A stretch of 64,000 nucleotides of DNA, from positions 1 to 64,000 of IMG/VR virus record IMGVR_UViG_2784746744_000001. One strand, written 5' to 3'. Under the pieces are notes generated by a model. That model ran no database searches and was not told the origin of the DNA. It was given only the letters and a program-made list of their open reading frames with translations. Positions 46,701-55,933 of the stretch are shown piece by piece. Source of the stretch: a virus. Each line of letters opens with the position of its first letter. Position 1 is the stretch's first letter. The position numbers and the translations under genes were made by a program.

Positions 46701-47038
46701 TGCTTTATGCTCCGGTCGAATTGATCTCGGGTCGCATTGATTCGTCGATGGTCTACATCACCCGCGCATTTGACTTGGGTACTGCCGTCAGACTGACGGA
46801 CTACCTCAAGGCCTATCTGCCGGGCGGCGCGAGCGTCGCGGTGGCCTACTCTATCGACGGCGGAGCGTTTACGAACCTGCCACTCGCGAGCACGGAAGCC
46901 TTGGCCTTCCCGCTCTGGGTCGAGAACAAGTACCAGGTCGCCAGCATCACCGGCCTCAAGGTCCGGCTTCGGATCACCGCGACAGGCGGCCCGTCCGCGC
47001 GCGTCATCCTTGGCGATTTTGGCGCCGGCATCTTCTAA
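43790..47038 (+). CDS. large tail fibre / host-specificity protein (1082 aa)
   Basis: Size, beta-rich Ig-like segments, position in the tail module. Confidence 0.55.
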   Translation: MAYEHKSGLAYTFDRAEGHPEQQGVVFGGKDRIIQAAELNEVQTIARNRQTRLSRLVASDGDRVDRADAIVDIEAKTVRLTAGMIYVQGDVMSVAEALLADVPMTGRIQLGVRLGTTYLTAETNPELMGLVPGSLAELEPGAAREVATITWARGDIDAPGDFYAVYTLQDGTILDQTSPSILEPAMQALAIYDRPNGNYIVSGCRVTAVGLNAGARVFSIEQGEFNVYGFKRTRFASLRFEQEEDWDEGAVVGETHTYADTAGSYAFPVAESPIGVINSILLTKQKTVTITRGSIANGADALPDTSVISVSSVVQGGTTFASPASYNLVNNTIDWAPGGAEPTTGSSYNVTYRYRAAVTATSFTDTTITVSGGVTGGDVIVSYTRKLPRIDRIGLLQDGSPVYLMGQSARSNPQAPGVPETVLNLCTVSNDWMTAPTIVNDGTRSLTIQEQWKYNNRLFDLEYLIMRERGRHAIDSKEPVAKKGVFVDPLLDDTYRDLGSAGAQSGAIGNGFMQLAIRPTFFYGNITDPITLDYVEEVIVTQDLKTFCEKINPYANFNPLPGALRLSPSVDFWTVSQTTWLSEQTLEFNQGVRTDGGPLQTTSSENQVVDQRTEQAAFLRPISVSFTLSGFGAGEILKSLTFDGISVKPPGTQTANANGEISGTFTIPPTVPAGTKVVAADGMGGTQATNMFVGQGTVLTDVMRRVTTVQNWSRPVVTEVVQNASLGWFSGGSGNDGFDQSDGGGADPQAQYFGLSQARQIIGVDFHMCAFGDLTKHILVDQVTTENGYPTAEIRAEAVVQVGAAVPGWRSARYAVPLITLPTENHAFVIKSDDNLHSVSGAKLGGFDTDRQEYVSKHPYVTGPRFSSVNAKTWTAHQDEALTFRLVAARYTQTTKTVNLGTFNLVDCSDLQVRCVAELPSSGCSVVFEVQRSNGTIYKLLPFQVLQLTEYVTDTVQLRAVLTGTATLSPVLYAPVELISGRIDSSMVYITRAFDLGTAVRLTDYLKAYLPGGASVAVAYSIDGGAFTNLPLASTEALAFPLWVENKYQVASITGLKVRLRITATGGPSARVILGDFGAGIF

Positions 47039-47049
47039 GGAATCCATGA

Positions 47050-48447
47050 ATGGCAACGACGCCTAACGTCGGGCTCGATCTTCCGGTTGATACCGCGAAC
47101 ATCGATACCGAGATCTATCGCCTTCTTTCCAACCTGCAGCTCCTCGATACCACTATCGGGGCGTTGCAGACGTTGGCGGCTGGTAAGGCACCGATCATTC
47201 ATGCCCATGAGTTGTCGGACATCACCGGTCTGGTGACGGCCCTTAATAACAAGATGGCCGCCAGCAAGACGTTTGCCTTGGCTGACCTCACGGACACCCG
47301 CAACATCGCGGGTGCTCCGGCGGGTTACATTCTGGTGAAGCAGTCCGACGGCAAGGTTGAACCTGTTTCGGCTCCATCAGTGTTCGGCACCTTCCTGCTG
47401 CGTATTGATTCCGCTCAGGCATTGACGGAAGCGCAGAAGTCTCAGGTCATTGAGAACATCTTCACTGGACTGACTGTAGCGCAGAAGGGCCAAGCCATCG
47501 CCAACATCGGCGGCGGCGTTCTTGCTGGACATCGAAACAAGCTCATCAACGGCAATTTCAACATCGCACAGCGAGGGACAACATTCGCTCAAGCGGCTGC
47601 GGTTAGGTACGCAGTTGATAGGTGGCGTCTGGCGGCATCAAATGGCGCTACAATAGGCATGTCGCGCATGCTTTACCCGAAGGATATTCCTTCAATACCC
47701 GAGGACACCGAAGCCTATGGCCGCTTTGATTTCACGCAAAGTGCTGACGCCTCGCATGTAACTTTTGTGGATCAGGCGATTGAAGATGTTGGAACGCTTG
47801 CAGGAAAACGAGCCACTCTGACATTCAATGCGGCTGGGAACGTAAGCCTCATTGGCGTCGTGCTTATCCAGATTTTTGGCGCAGGCGGCTCCCCACTTGT
47901 AAATATCGGGGCTCGCCAGCAAGCGATTTCTGCAATCAACACGAAATACTCGTTGCTATTCGACATCCCGTCTGTCGCTGGAAAAACGATTGGCTCTGGA
48001 AGCTGTTTGATTGTCCGTTTCATCTTTTCGAGTGGCGCGAATTATGATGCGGCGGGCGGGAAGATTGTGCCTCAAACGGGCAATGTGAACCTAACCCGTG
48101 CCTCTCTTGTCGAAGGTGATGCTTCTAAGGAAGATGATCCATTCTCTCCGCGCCATATCCAACAGGAATTGGAGCTGTGCAAACGATACTACCAGATCAC
48201 GCCGCCGATAGGCCTAAGCGGACCGACCATCGCCGGTTATGGTAATTCCATCGTCGTTCCCTTTTCCCCTGAAATGCGCGCGCAGCCGACCATAGTTGTC
48301 TTCGCTTCGGGAACGGCATCAGGAAGCATGACCACTGGCGGTGTGGACGCACCCCAAAAAACTAGCATTCGGTACATTGCAGGAAATAGCGGAACAGGCG
48401 GCGGAGTTATTTACGGTGACCGTTTTGCCGCAGACGCGGAGATTTGA
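47050..48447 (+). CDS. tail fibre protein
   Basis: 465 aa. N-terminal conserved fibre-attachment region, then a lower-GC variable C-terminus. Confidence 0.6.
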   Translation: MATTPNVGLDLPVDTANIDTEIYRLLSNLQLLDTTIGALQTLAAGKAPIIHAHELSDITGLVTALNNKMAASKTFALADLTDTRNIAGAPAGYILVKQSDGKVEPVSAPSVFGTFLLRIDSAQALTEAQKSQVIENIFTGLTVAQKGQAIANIGGGVLAGHRNKLINGNFNIAQRGTTFAQAAAVRYAVDRWRLAASNGATIGMSRMLYPKDIPSIPEDTEAYGRFDFTQSADASHVTFVDQAIEDVGTLAGKRATLTFNAAGNVSLIGVVLIQIFGAGGSPLVNIGARQQAISAINTKYSLLFDIPSVAGKTIGSGSCLIVRFIFSSGANYDAAGGKIVPQTGNVNLTRASLVEGDASKEDDPFSPRHIQQELELCKRYYQITPPIGLSGPTIAGYGNSIVVPFSPEMRAQPTIVVFASGTASGSMTTGGVDAPQKTSIRYIAGNSGTGGGVIYGDRFAADAEI

Positions 48448-48448
48448 C

Positions 48449-48976
48449 ATGAACGTTATCGGCTACACCGAAAGCGGTTCAATCCGCGCCATCTTTGATG
48501 GGGACGCAAGTGAGAGCACTGTCCCCGACTACATGGGCAACCGACATCGCCAGATGATCGCGGAGTGGGAAGCGGAGGGGAACACCATCCCGCCATACGC
48601 ACCGCCCGCAATCGATCTCAATGCCTATACGGCAACCAAGCGCTGGGAGCGTGAGGTCGGCGGCATTGTCGTCGGTGGCCTGGATGTCGCTACCGACGAC
48701 CGGTCGAAAATCATGATCTCCGGCGCGCGCATGAAGGCGGACAAAGACACTGCCTTTACCGCGCAGTGGAAATGCCCAGACGGCAGTTTCATCACGCTTG
48801 ATGCCGCGACCATCATCCATGCCAGCGACGCGGTTCTTGACCACGTCAATGACTGCTTCTCTATCGAGGCCGATGTGCTGGCCGCAATCGGTGACGGCTC
48901 GATCTCGACCACGGCAGACGTGGATGCGGCCTTCGCCGCGCAGCTTTCGCCCGAAAGTTTCCAGACCCGCGGTTAA
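48449..48976 (+). CDS. tail fibre assembly chaperone
   Basis: 175 aa immediately downstream of the fibre gene. Confidence 0.5.
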   Translation: MNVIGYTESGSIRAIFDGDASESTVPDYMGNRHRQMIAEWEAEGNTIPPYAPPAIDLNAYTATKRWEREVGGIVVGGLDVATDDRSKIMISGARMKADKDTAFTAQWKCPDGSFITLDAATIIHASDAVLDHVNDCFSIEADVLAAIGDGSISTTADVDAAFAAQLSPESFQTRG

Positions 48977-49021
48977 GCCGCCACCACCAGCAAAACTGAC
49001 ACCACATCAGAGGAGGCCGCA

Positions 49022-50482
49022 TTGGCTGACCTATCGTATTTCCATGGCGTGCAGGTGCTCGAAAGCCCTGACAGCCCGTCGCTTCTGCGCGTCACCAACT
49101 ACGGCATTTCGTTCGTCAATGGCACCGCACCGGGCGCTGACGCTGCGACATTCCCGCTGAACAAGCCGACGCTGATCACGAACCTGTCGCAGGCCGCGCT
49201 GCTCGGCACGCAGGGCACGCTTTACAACGACGTGGTCACCATCTTTGGTGAGGGCGGATCGATTGTCATCGTCAACCGTGTTGAGCACAGCGAAACTGCC
49301 GCAACTCTGCAGGCAAACCTGATCGGTGACGCCGGCCAGCGCACCGGCCTCTACTCGGCACTGCGCGCCAAGGCACTTCTTGGCTATCAGCCGCGCGTGA
49401 TCGTCACCGCCGGCAACACAGGCACGTGGATCGAGGGCGGCCTTCTGTCCGTCGCCATTTCTGGCTCTGGCAGCCTGCTGACCGAGGCGCCGACGGTTGC
49501 CTTCACCGGTGGCGGTTCTGATGCCGGCAAGGTTTTGCCGACCGCTGTTGCGGTGCTCGGTACCGGCGTAAATGCCGGCAAGGTCGTGTCCGTTACGGTT
49601 ACCAGCGCGGGCAAGGGCATGACACAGGCTCCCGTTGTTGCCTTCACCGGTGGCGGCTCTGAGTCTGGCAAGGTGCTCCCGACCGCGACCGCAAACATCG
49701 GCGACGTCGGCAACCCCTTCGTTTCGGCACTTGCGACCATCACGGAGCAGGTTAAGGCTCGTGCCTACATCGCCGGCCCGAACACGACCAACGCCGATGC
49801 CGTGCGCTTCCGCGCTACCATTAACAGCGGTCGTATCCTTCCCATTGACCCGGCTGGCATCAAGAACGTCGATGGCGTGCCTGTTATCGTGCCGATTGCG
49901 CCGGTCTTCGCGGGCATTCGTTCGCGTGTTGTCGGTTCGGCTGAGGGCGTTTCCGGCTCGGTATCGAACAAGGAAATCCGCACGCTGGACGGCGTCGCAC
50001 GCACGATCGCTTATCCGACCGACAGCAACTACCTGAACGACAAGCAGGTCGCGACGGTCATCAATGAGAATGGCCTACGCACTTGGGGCTCGCGCCTCGC
50101 GACATCGGATGCCCTCTGGCAGTTCGATAGCGTCCGCGCCACCGCCGACATGATCAACGAGAGCCTCGAGCAGATCTACTTCAAGTGGGTCGACAAGAAG
50201 TTCACGAAGGCCAACCTGAAGATGATGATCGAGGACGGCAATGCCGCACTGCGCGTCTTCAAGAAGAACGACGACATCCTCGGCGGCAAGGTCTGGCTCT
50301 CCGATATCAACCAGCCCACGGTCAATGCCAACGGCCAGGTCTATCTGAATGTTGAGTTCGAGCCCGTCGGCCTGATGGAGCAGATCAAAATCACCACGCA
50401 TCGCAACATCCTCTACTACCAGATCCTTCTGGATGAGGTTCGTGGCGCGATCGACAACGGCCCGCTCACGCTGGCCGCGTAA
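49022..50482 (+). CDS. contractile tail sheath protein (TTG start)
   Basis: 486 aa. P2 FI-like. Leader CAGAGGAGG. Confidence 0.85.
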   Translation: MADLSYFHGVQVLESPDSPSLLRVTNYGISFVNGTAPGADAATFPLNKPTLITNLSQAALLGTQGTLYNDVVTIFGEGGSIVIVNRVEHSETAATLQANLIGDAGQRTGLYSALRAKALLGYQPRVIVTAGNTGTWIEGGLLSVAISGSGSLLTEAPTVAFTGGGSDAGKVLPTAVAVLGTGVNAGKVVSVTVTSAGKGMTQAPVVAFTGGGSESGKVLPTATANIGDVGNPFVSALATITEQVKARAYIAGPNTTNADAVRFRATINSGRILPIDPAGIKNVDGVPVIVPIAPVFAGIRSRVVGSAEGVSGSVSNKEIRTLDGVARTIAYPTDSNYLNDKQVATVINENGLRTWGSRLATSDALWQFDSVRATADMINESLEQIYFKWVDKKFTKANLKMMIEDGNAALRVFKKNDDILGGKVWLSDINQPTVNANGQVYLNVEFEPVGLMEQIKITTHRNILYYQILLDEVRGAIDNGPLTLAA

Positions 50483-50494
50483 GGAGTTTCCTAA

Positions 50495-51004
50495 ATGGCG
50501 ACAAGTCTTCCGCGCTTCCTGATGCGCGACTGCATGCTGTGGGCTGACAGCGTTTCCCAACTTGGTCAGATCGGCGACATCACGCCGCCGGTCCCGCAGA
50601 TCAAGGTCGAGGAAATGCGCAATGCCGGCATGATCAAGCCGCGCGAGGTGCATATGGGCTACGAGAAGCTGGAATTCAGCTTCAAGATGCCCGGCCTCGA
50701 TCCGCAGATTCTCAAGCTCTTCGGTCTCAAGCCTGGCTCCGAATACCCGTTCATGATCACCGGCGCACTCGTCGACGAGGATGGCACTGACCACTCGGCC
50801 GTCATGACGATCCGTGGCTTCCTGAAGCAGGCCGACCACGGCTCGTGGAAGACCGGCGATCAGGCGGAGAACGACTACACGGTCTCGGTCAACTACTACA
50901 AGCTCGAGATTGACGGCGAGCCGATCTACGAAATGGACGACTTTGACGTCCTGATCGGCGGCGTCAGCCAGGTCAGCGGCCAGCGCAACTCGCTGCTGCT
51001 CTAA
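50495..51004 (+). CDS. tail tube protein (P2 FII-like)
   Basis: 169 aa after the sheath. Terminator-like hairpin follows. Confidence 0.8.
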   Translation: MATSLPRFLMRDCMLWADSVSQLGQIGDITPPVPQIKVEEMRNAGMIKPREVHMGYEKLEFSFKMPGLDPQILKLFGLKPGSEYPFMITGALVDEDGTDHSAVMTIRGFLKQADHGSWKTGDQAENDYTVSVNYYKLEIDGEPIYEMDDFDVLIGGVSQVSGQRNSLLL

Positions 51005-51084
51005 GCCACCCACCATCACCAGCATAGCTAGAAGGGCCGCCTCACCAGCGGCCTTTCGCTTTTCAACACCACTGAGGAGTCCTC

Positions 51085-51342
51085 ATGACCACCATTAAGC
51101 TTTCCACGCCCGTCGAACATTCCGGCGTCACCTATTCCGAAATCTCTTTCGATGAACCGACGGTCGGCGATCTCGCCGCTGCGGATCTCGTGAAGGGCGA
51201 AACGCACCAGATGCTCGCCGTCCTTTCCAGCATGTCAGGCGTGCCGATCCCGGCGCTCAAGAAGATCAAGGCCAAGGAGTTCGCCAAGTTCTCGAAGGCG
51301 ATTGATCTGGGAAACGAGCCGGAGCCCACGACTGGCGAATAG
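51085..51342 (+). CDS. tail assembly chaperone gpE-like. A -1 frameshift at G_GGA_AAC (51309-51315) would extend it to 51467 (E-prime)
   Basis: 85 aa. Canonical slippery heptamer in the zero frame. The -1 frame stays open until the TGA overlapping the tape-measure start. Confidence 0.55.
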   Translation: MTTIKLSTPVEHSGVTYSEISFDEPTVGDLAAADLVKGETHQMLAVLSSMSGVPIPALKKIKAKEFAKFSKAIDLGNEPEPTTGE

Positions 51343-51466
51343 TCGCGGGCTTCGTCGCCAGTGTGCTCCACACACCGCTCGAAGTGATCGAGCGGTGGCC
51401 GCCTGAAAAGGCGTTGGCCTACTTCGACACGGCCACAGAAATCCATAAAGCGACGAGGTCTCTCTG

Positions 51467-53635
51467 ATGGCCGTCCTTCAAAGTCAGCTGCGCCTGTCGC
51501 TGCTGGATCAGGTCTCTGCGCCTATCCGCAAGGTGTCGGGCGCGCTGAGTGGCCTGCAGCGTCAGACGATGGCGTTTACCAATCCGCTCCGTGGTGCCAT
51601 TGGGCAACTCGCTGCATTCGGCGGAGCCTACGTCGGAATCACCGAAGGCCTGAAGGCCACCATCGGCTCGGCAATCACCTTCGAATCCGCATTCGCAGAC
51701 GTCCGAAAGGTTGTCGAGGCATCCGACGAACAGTTCGGCAACATGCGCCGGACCATTCGGCAGATGTCGACCGAAATCCCGATGACCGCCAACGATATCG
51801 CCGCGCTGTTCGCAGCCGCCGGCGAATCTGGCATCGCAACCACCGAGCTAAAAGAATTTTCCGAGATGGCGGCCCGCGTGGGGATTGCCTTCGATATCGG
51901 AGCCGGGCAAGCGGGCGAGACCCTCGCTAAGCTCAAAACCCAGTTGGGCGTGTCGGTGGCTGACGTCGGGTCTCTTGCCGATGCGATCAACCACCTGTCA
52001 AATAACATGGCTTCCAAGGCCAGCGACATCACCGACTTCATGCTGCGCGTCTCGGCGCTCGGCAAAATGGGTGGTTTCACTGCGGAACAGATCGCCGGCA
52101 TTGGCTCAGCTATGATCGCGGCTGGCGCGCCCTCCGAGGTCGCCGGCACCGCGATGCAAAACGTCGTGAAGGCACTGACCCGTGGAAATTTCGCGAAAAA
52201 GGACCAGAGAGACGCCGCCAAGGCGCTCGGCCTCGACCTGCCGCAGATTGCCAAGCAGATGCAGAAGGACGCGCCGAAAGCGCTGAAAACGGTCCTGAAG
52301 GCAATCGCCAAGGCACCGAAAGATCAGCACATTGCGATCCTGTCGCAGTTCTTCGGTGATGAAGCCAAAGCCTTTGCGCCCTTGATCGGAAACGTCGGTC
52401 TGCTGGATCAGGCGCTCGATAGCGTCGCTGACAAGGCGAAATACACCGGCTCGGCGTTCAATGAATTCGTTCAGCGTTCGAGCACAGCTGCGAATGCTGC
52501 CCAGTTGCTTGGAAACAAAATTTCCAATCGGTTCTGGGAAATGGGCGACCGAATGCTGCCTACCATCAAGGAAGGCATCGCCGGCATCAGCGAGGTGATT
52601 GACACGCTCGATTCCCGCGTTTCCATCTTCGACAAGATGGAAACCAGCATCATGGGGTTCGCGCAAGGCCTCGGCTACAACGGAGTAAAGGACGTCATCG
52701 CCGACCTCGGCGACCTGTTGTTCGGCAAAGTTGACGGCACTGCCGGTGATCAACTTGGCCGCCTGTTCATGCAGGCGAAGGAGTGGGGCGCCACGATCCG
52801 CGAGCTTAGTGCAGCGATCAAGGAAAACCCGATCGCTCAGTTCTTCGCTGATCTTGCGCCGTATGGTTTTCAGATCATGGTGTGGGGAGCAGGCATCGCC
52901 TCCCTAGCCGGCACAGTCCGCAAACTTGCAGCTGCAATGATGTTCCTCAGCGGGGCATCAGCGATCATCGGCGCGCTGAAAGCCGCCGGTACGATAGCTG
53001 ATGTTGTTTCTGGCGGAACTATGCCGGGCGGTAAGGGCGGGGGGAAGGCCGGTTCCGCAGGCACTTCTGTGCCCAAGCCAGACACTGGCGTCATGGCTAC
53101 GCTGGCTGCATGGGGTTCATGGGTTAAGGGTGCTGTCGTGGCTGGCGCTCCCGGTCTTATGTCGGAAGCAATGTCCTTCACGCCGGGCGATACTTTCGAA
53201 GATCAGGTGCGACTGCAAAAGCAGCACCGCGAAGACCTTGAGCGGATCACCGGCATCAACAGGGCCGCCCTGACTCAAGGCTGGCAGCGGAACTTCGGTC
53301 AGACCACGCTTCCCGGCGTCGGCGCTCAGCAGGCAATGGACAACGCGCGCGCCTTCGGTCCCGGCGGTCGCACCACAGACCAGCTGCCCGGCAAGACGGC
53401 CGACGATCTCGGCATCGTCAGGACCACGCGCATCGACTCCTCGTCGATCGCGGCAATGATCCAGCCATCTGGCACGCAGGACGTTCGCGTCACCAATCCT
53501 CAGCCGCCGAACGTCACCGTCCACGCGCCAATCAGCATCACAGGCGTCGCGGATCCGCAAGCAGCGGCAAGCTCTGCCGCATCTCAGCTGGGCGAGTCCG
53601 TAAGGGCTGCCGTTGAAAGCGCTGACACCGACTAA
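51467..53635 (+). CDS. tail tape measure protein
   Basis: 722 aa. Ala/Gly-rich, helical repeats. Confidence 0.8.
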   Translation: MAVLQSQLRLSLLDQVSAPIRKVSGALSGLQRQTMAFTNPLRGAIGQLAAFGGAYVGITEGLKATIGSAITFESAFADVRKVVEASDEQFGNMRRTIRQMSTEIPMTANDIAALFAAAGESGIATTELKEFSEMAARVGIAFDIGAGQAGETLAKLKTQLGVSVADVGSLADAINHLSNNMASKASDITDFMLRVSALGKMGGFTAEQIAGIGSAMIAAGAPSEVAGTAMQNVVKALTRGNFAKKDQRDAAKALGLDLPQIAKQMQKDAPKALKTVLKAIAKAPKDQHIAILSQFFGDEAKAFAPLIGNVGLLDQALDSVADKAKYTGSAFNEFVQRSSTAANAAQLLGNKISNRFWEMGDRMLPTIKEGIAGISEVIDTLDSRVSIFDKMETSIMGFAQGLGYNGVKDVIADLGDLLFGKVDGTAGDQLGRLFMQAKEWGATIRELSAAIKENPIAQFFADLAPYGFQIMVWGAGIASLAGTVRKLAAAMMFLSGASAIIGALKAAGTIADVVSGGTMPGGKGGGKAGSAGTSVPKPDTGVMATLAAWGSWVKGAVVAGAPGLMSEAMSFTPGDTFEDQVRLQKQHREDLERITGINRAALTQGWQRNFGQTTLPGVGAQQAMDNARAFGPGGRTTDQLPGKTADDLGIVRTTRIDSSSIAAMIQPSGTQDVRVTNPQPPNVTVHAPISITGVADPQAAASSAASQLGESVRAAVESADTD

Positions 53636-53647
53636 AAGGAGGTCTGC

Positions 53648-54118
53648 ATGGCAGGACCGGTAGCGATGGCTCTAGGGCCATTCGCTTTCGAGGCTATTGG
53701 CTTCGGATACGACGGCGTCTCGCGCAAAGTTCAGACACCATGGGCCGACGTCCAAGTGGCGCAGTCACTGAACCAGCAGCAGTGGACTGGACCGACCTCG
53801 GAAGAGATCACGATCAAGGGCGTGTTGTTTCCTGCGGAATTCGGCGGTCAGAGCTCCTTGTCTGGTATCGTGTCGGCCGCAATGGCCGGCACACCACTGA
53901 TGCTGGTTTCCGGTGACGCTGACGAAGGGCTGATCCACGGCACGTTCACCATCCAGTCGGTGGATGAGGACCGCTCCTCGCACAACAGCAGGGGCACCGC
54001 TCGGCGCAATGCCTACACCATCTCGTTGAAACGGTATGCCGATGGAGACCCGGCCGGCTTCGTGCTGTCCGGTGCCATCGGCTCGATCGTCGCCCCCATT
54101 GTGAACCTGTTTGGATAA
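53648..54118 (+). CDS. tail protein U (P2 gpU-like)
   Basis: 156 aa. Order T-U-X-D. Confidence 0.6.
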   Translation: MAGPVAMALGPFAFEAIGFGYDGVSRKVQTPWADVQVAQSLNQQQWTGPTSEEITIKGVLFPAEFGGQSSLSGIVSAAMAGTPLMLVSGDADEGLIHGTFTIQSVDEDRSSHNSRGTARRNAYTISLKRYADGDPAGFVLSGAIGSIVAPIVNLFG

Positions 54119-54334
54119 ATGATGAGCACGATCGTAACCACGAAACAGGGACAGACCGTCGATTTGGTCTGCCTCCTTCACTATGGCCGCACGGCCGAAG
54201 TCACCGAGATGGTGCTCGCAGCCAATCCGGACATCGCGTCGTTGGGCATCGTCCTGCCGCTAGGCACAAAGGTCGTGATGCCTGCTGCCCCCTTGCGCGA
54301 GACGGCGCCAAAACTCGTCAGTTTGTGGGATTAA
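54119..54334 (+). CDS. tail protein X (P2 gpX-like, LysM-like)
   Basis: 71 aa. Confidence 0.6.
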   Translation: MMSTIVTTKQGQTVDLVCLLHYGRTAEVTEMVLAANPDIASLGIVLPLGTKVVMPAAPLRETAPKLVSLWD

Positions 54335-54336
54335 CT

Positions 54337-55494
54337 ATGCATCCGCTCATTGAGGTGAAAATTGATGGCAACCCAGTTGCCGGCGCTTTTTACGAACGTC
54401 TCGTTTCGATCACTGTCACTGACAAGGAGGGTCTCTCCTCCGATACGATCGACATCGAGCTGAACGACGGGCCGCCTTCTTTTCTTGCGATCCCTCGCAA
54501 AGGGGCGATTATCGACGTGCGCCTTGGATATGGCAAGCTTCGGAGTCTCGGTCAGTACACTGTCGATAAAGTCTCGGCCAAGTGTCTTCCTTATTCGCTT
54601 TCCGTTTCTGGGAAGGCGAGGGACATGCGTAGCGGCAAATTCAAAGAACGGCAGGAACGCCATTGGGACAAGGTGAAAGTCAAGGATCTCGTCAAAGAAT
54701 TGGCGGGGGAGGCCGGACTGGGCGCCTATGTGGACCCTGATATCGGCGAGCACGAATACGACTGGGTCGCTCAGCAGGACGAATCCAACATTCACTTTCT
54801 GCGTCGCCTATCCGACCGTCACAACGCCCTATGCAAGGTTAAGGACGGCCGCTTGCTGTTCTCCGCTAGAGGCTCCGGCAACTCAGCATCCGGCCAGTTT
54901 ATCGGCTCGGTCGTCGTTTCGCCTTCGAAGATTATCCAAGGGACTTGTAGTTTCGAGGCCAACGATCGCACGAAGTATTCGAAGGTCGTCGCCTACTATC
55001 AGGACAACGATAAGGCGCAGCGTGTCGAGATCGAGGCCGACGGTGATGCAGATGGCGATAGCGTCTTCCGCATTCCAGAGCCGTTCGCCAGCGTCAAGGA
55101 AGCAGACAAAGCCGCCCAGTCGAAGGCGAAAGCGCTCAAGCGAGGCGAGGGGGCTGCATCAGTCACCGTGGTCGGTGACACGGCCATCATCGCAGGAGCT
55201 CCGCTACTCTTTGGGGATGTGAGGCCGGGCCTTGATGGCGTGCCTTATGTTATCGACACGGCGACACACACCTATCGAAAAACTGAAGGTTATCGCACGG
55301 CCATCAGTGCGAAGCTGTACGATGGCAAGTCTGGCGGGAGCAAGAAATCGGCCGCTAACGACAACGATCCGGATAGCACGTCGGAGACCAGCAAGTCGGA
55401 AGACAAGGTCGCACCAAATGCGCCAGCAGGAACGCCGGCTACTCCATCGGAATGGACAGGGCAGCGACGTTACGGTCGAACGGACGAGAACTAA
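54337..55494 (+). CDS. late control protein D (P2 gpD-like tail/baseplate hub). C-terminal AANDN tail
   Basis: About 385 aa. N-terminal gpD family motifs. Confidence 0.8.
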   Translation: MHPLIEVKIDGNPVAGAFYERLVSITVTDKEGLSSDTIDIELNDGPPSFLAIPRKGAIIDVRLGYGKLRSLGQYTVDKVSAKCLPYSLSVSGKARDMRSGKFKERQERHWDKVKVKDLVKELAGEAGLGAYVDPDIGEHEYDWVAQQDESNIHFLRRLSDRHNALCKVKDGRLLFSARGSGNSASGQFIGSVVVSPSKIIQGTCSFEANDRTKYSKVVAYYQDNDKAQRVEIEADGDADGDSVFRIPEPFASVKEADKAAQSKAKALKRGEGAASVTVVGDTAIIAGAPLLFGDVRPGLDGVPYVIDTATHTYRKTEGYRTAISAKLYDGKSGGSKKSAANDNDPDSTSETSKSEDKVAPNAPAGTPATPSEWTGQRRYGRTDEN

Positions 55495-55634
55495 CTCGCC
55501 ATCTCATGTCCGACATCATCGTTCGCAGGCTCGTCAAACACCGGCGTTTCCGCCAGCTCGCGTAGCGTAGCGGCAAGTGCGGCCAATTGCTGGGCGATTT
55601 CGATGATCGATAGCGCGGCGAGATCTTCATTCAT
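55491..55634 (-). CDS. hypothetical small acidic protein (47 aa) on the opposite strand
   Basis: AGGAGGACGCT before the ATG. Confidence 0.35.
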   Translation of the reverse strand: MNEDLAALSIIEIAQQLAALAATLRELAETPVFDEPANDDVGHEMAS

Positions 55635-55720
55635 AGCGTCCTCCTGACTCTTCGGCAGGACGCAAAACAATCTGCCGACCGCCAAGATAGGCCGGCTCTC
55701 CCTAAAATCAAAGGGGTATC

Positions 55721-55933
55721 ATGAAACTCCTTCCAGACTGGCGCGCCGTGATCGGTCGCGCTTGGTCGTTGCGGCTTATTGAGATCGCAGCAGCCGCCGA
55801 CATCATCCTGAACGTCGTGCCCTTCGTGTCTGACTGGCTGCCATGGTGGCTCACCATCGCGCTGCTCGCAGCAGCTTGGGGCGCGCGCATTCTTTCCCAG
55901 CCCGAAAAGGAGCCGGCGAATGCCGATCAATAA
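55721..55933 (+). CDS. holin (class II-like, probably a pinholin given the SAR endolysin)
   Basis: 70 aa. Two TM helices. Charged C-terminus. Overlaps the endolysin start. Confidence 0.5.
   Translation: MKLLPDWRAVIGRAWSLRLIEIAAAADIILNVVPFVSDWLPWWLTIALLAAAWGARILSQPEKEPANADQ

Noticed and set aside
1001-55494. ANDN as a DNA-level word (restriction/methylation site, Chi-like or packaging signal) instead of a peptide motif
   Set aside because: The variable positions fall exactly on codon third positions, and the preceding alanine codon varies freely. All copies are in frame and on the coding strand. Such a pattern points to selection on the encoded peptide.
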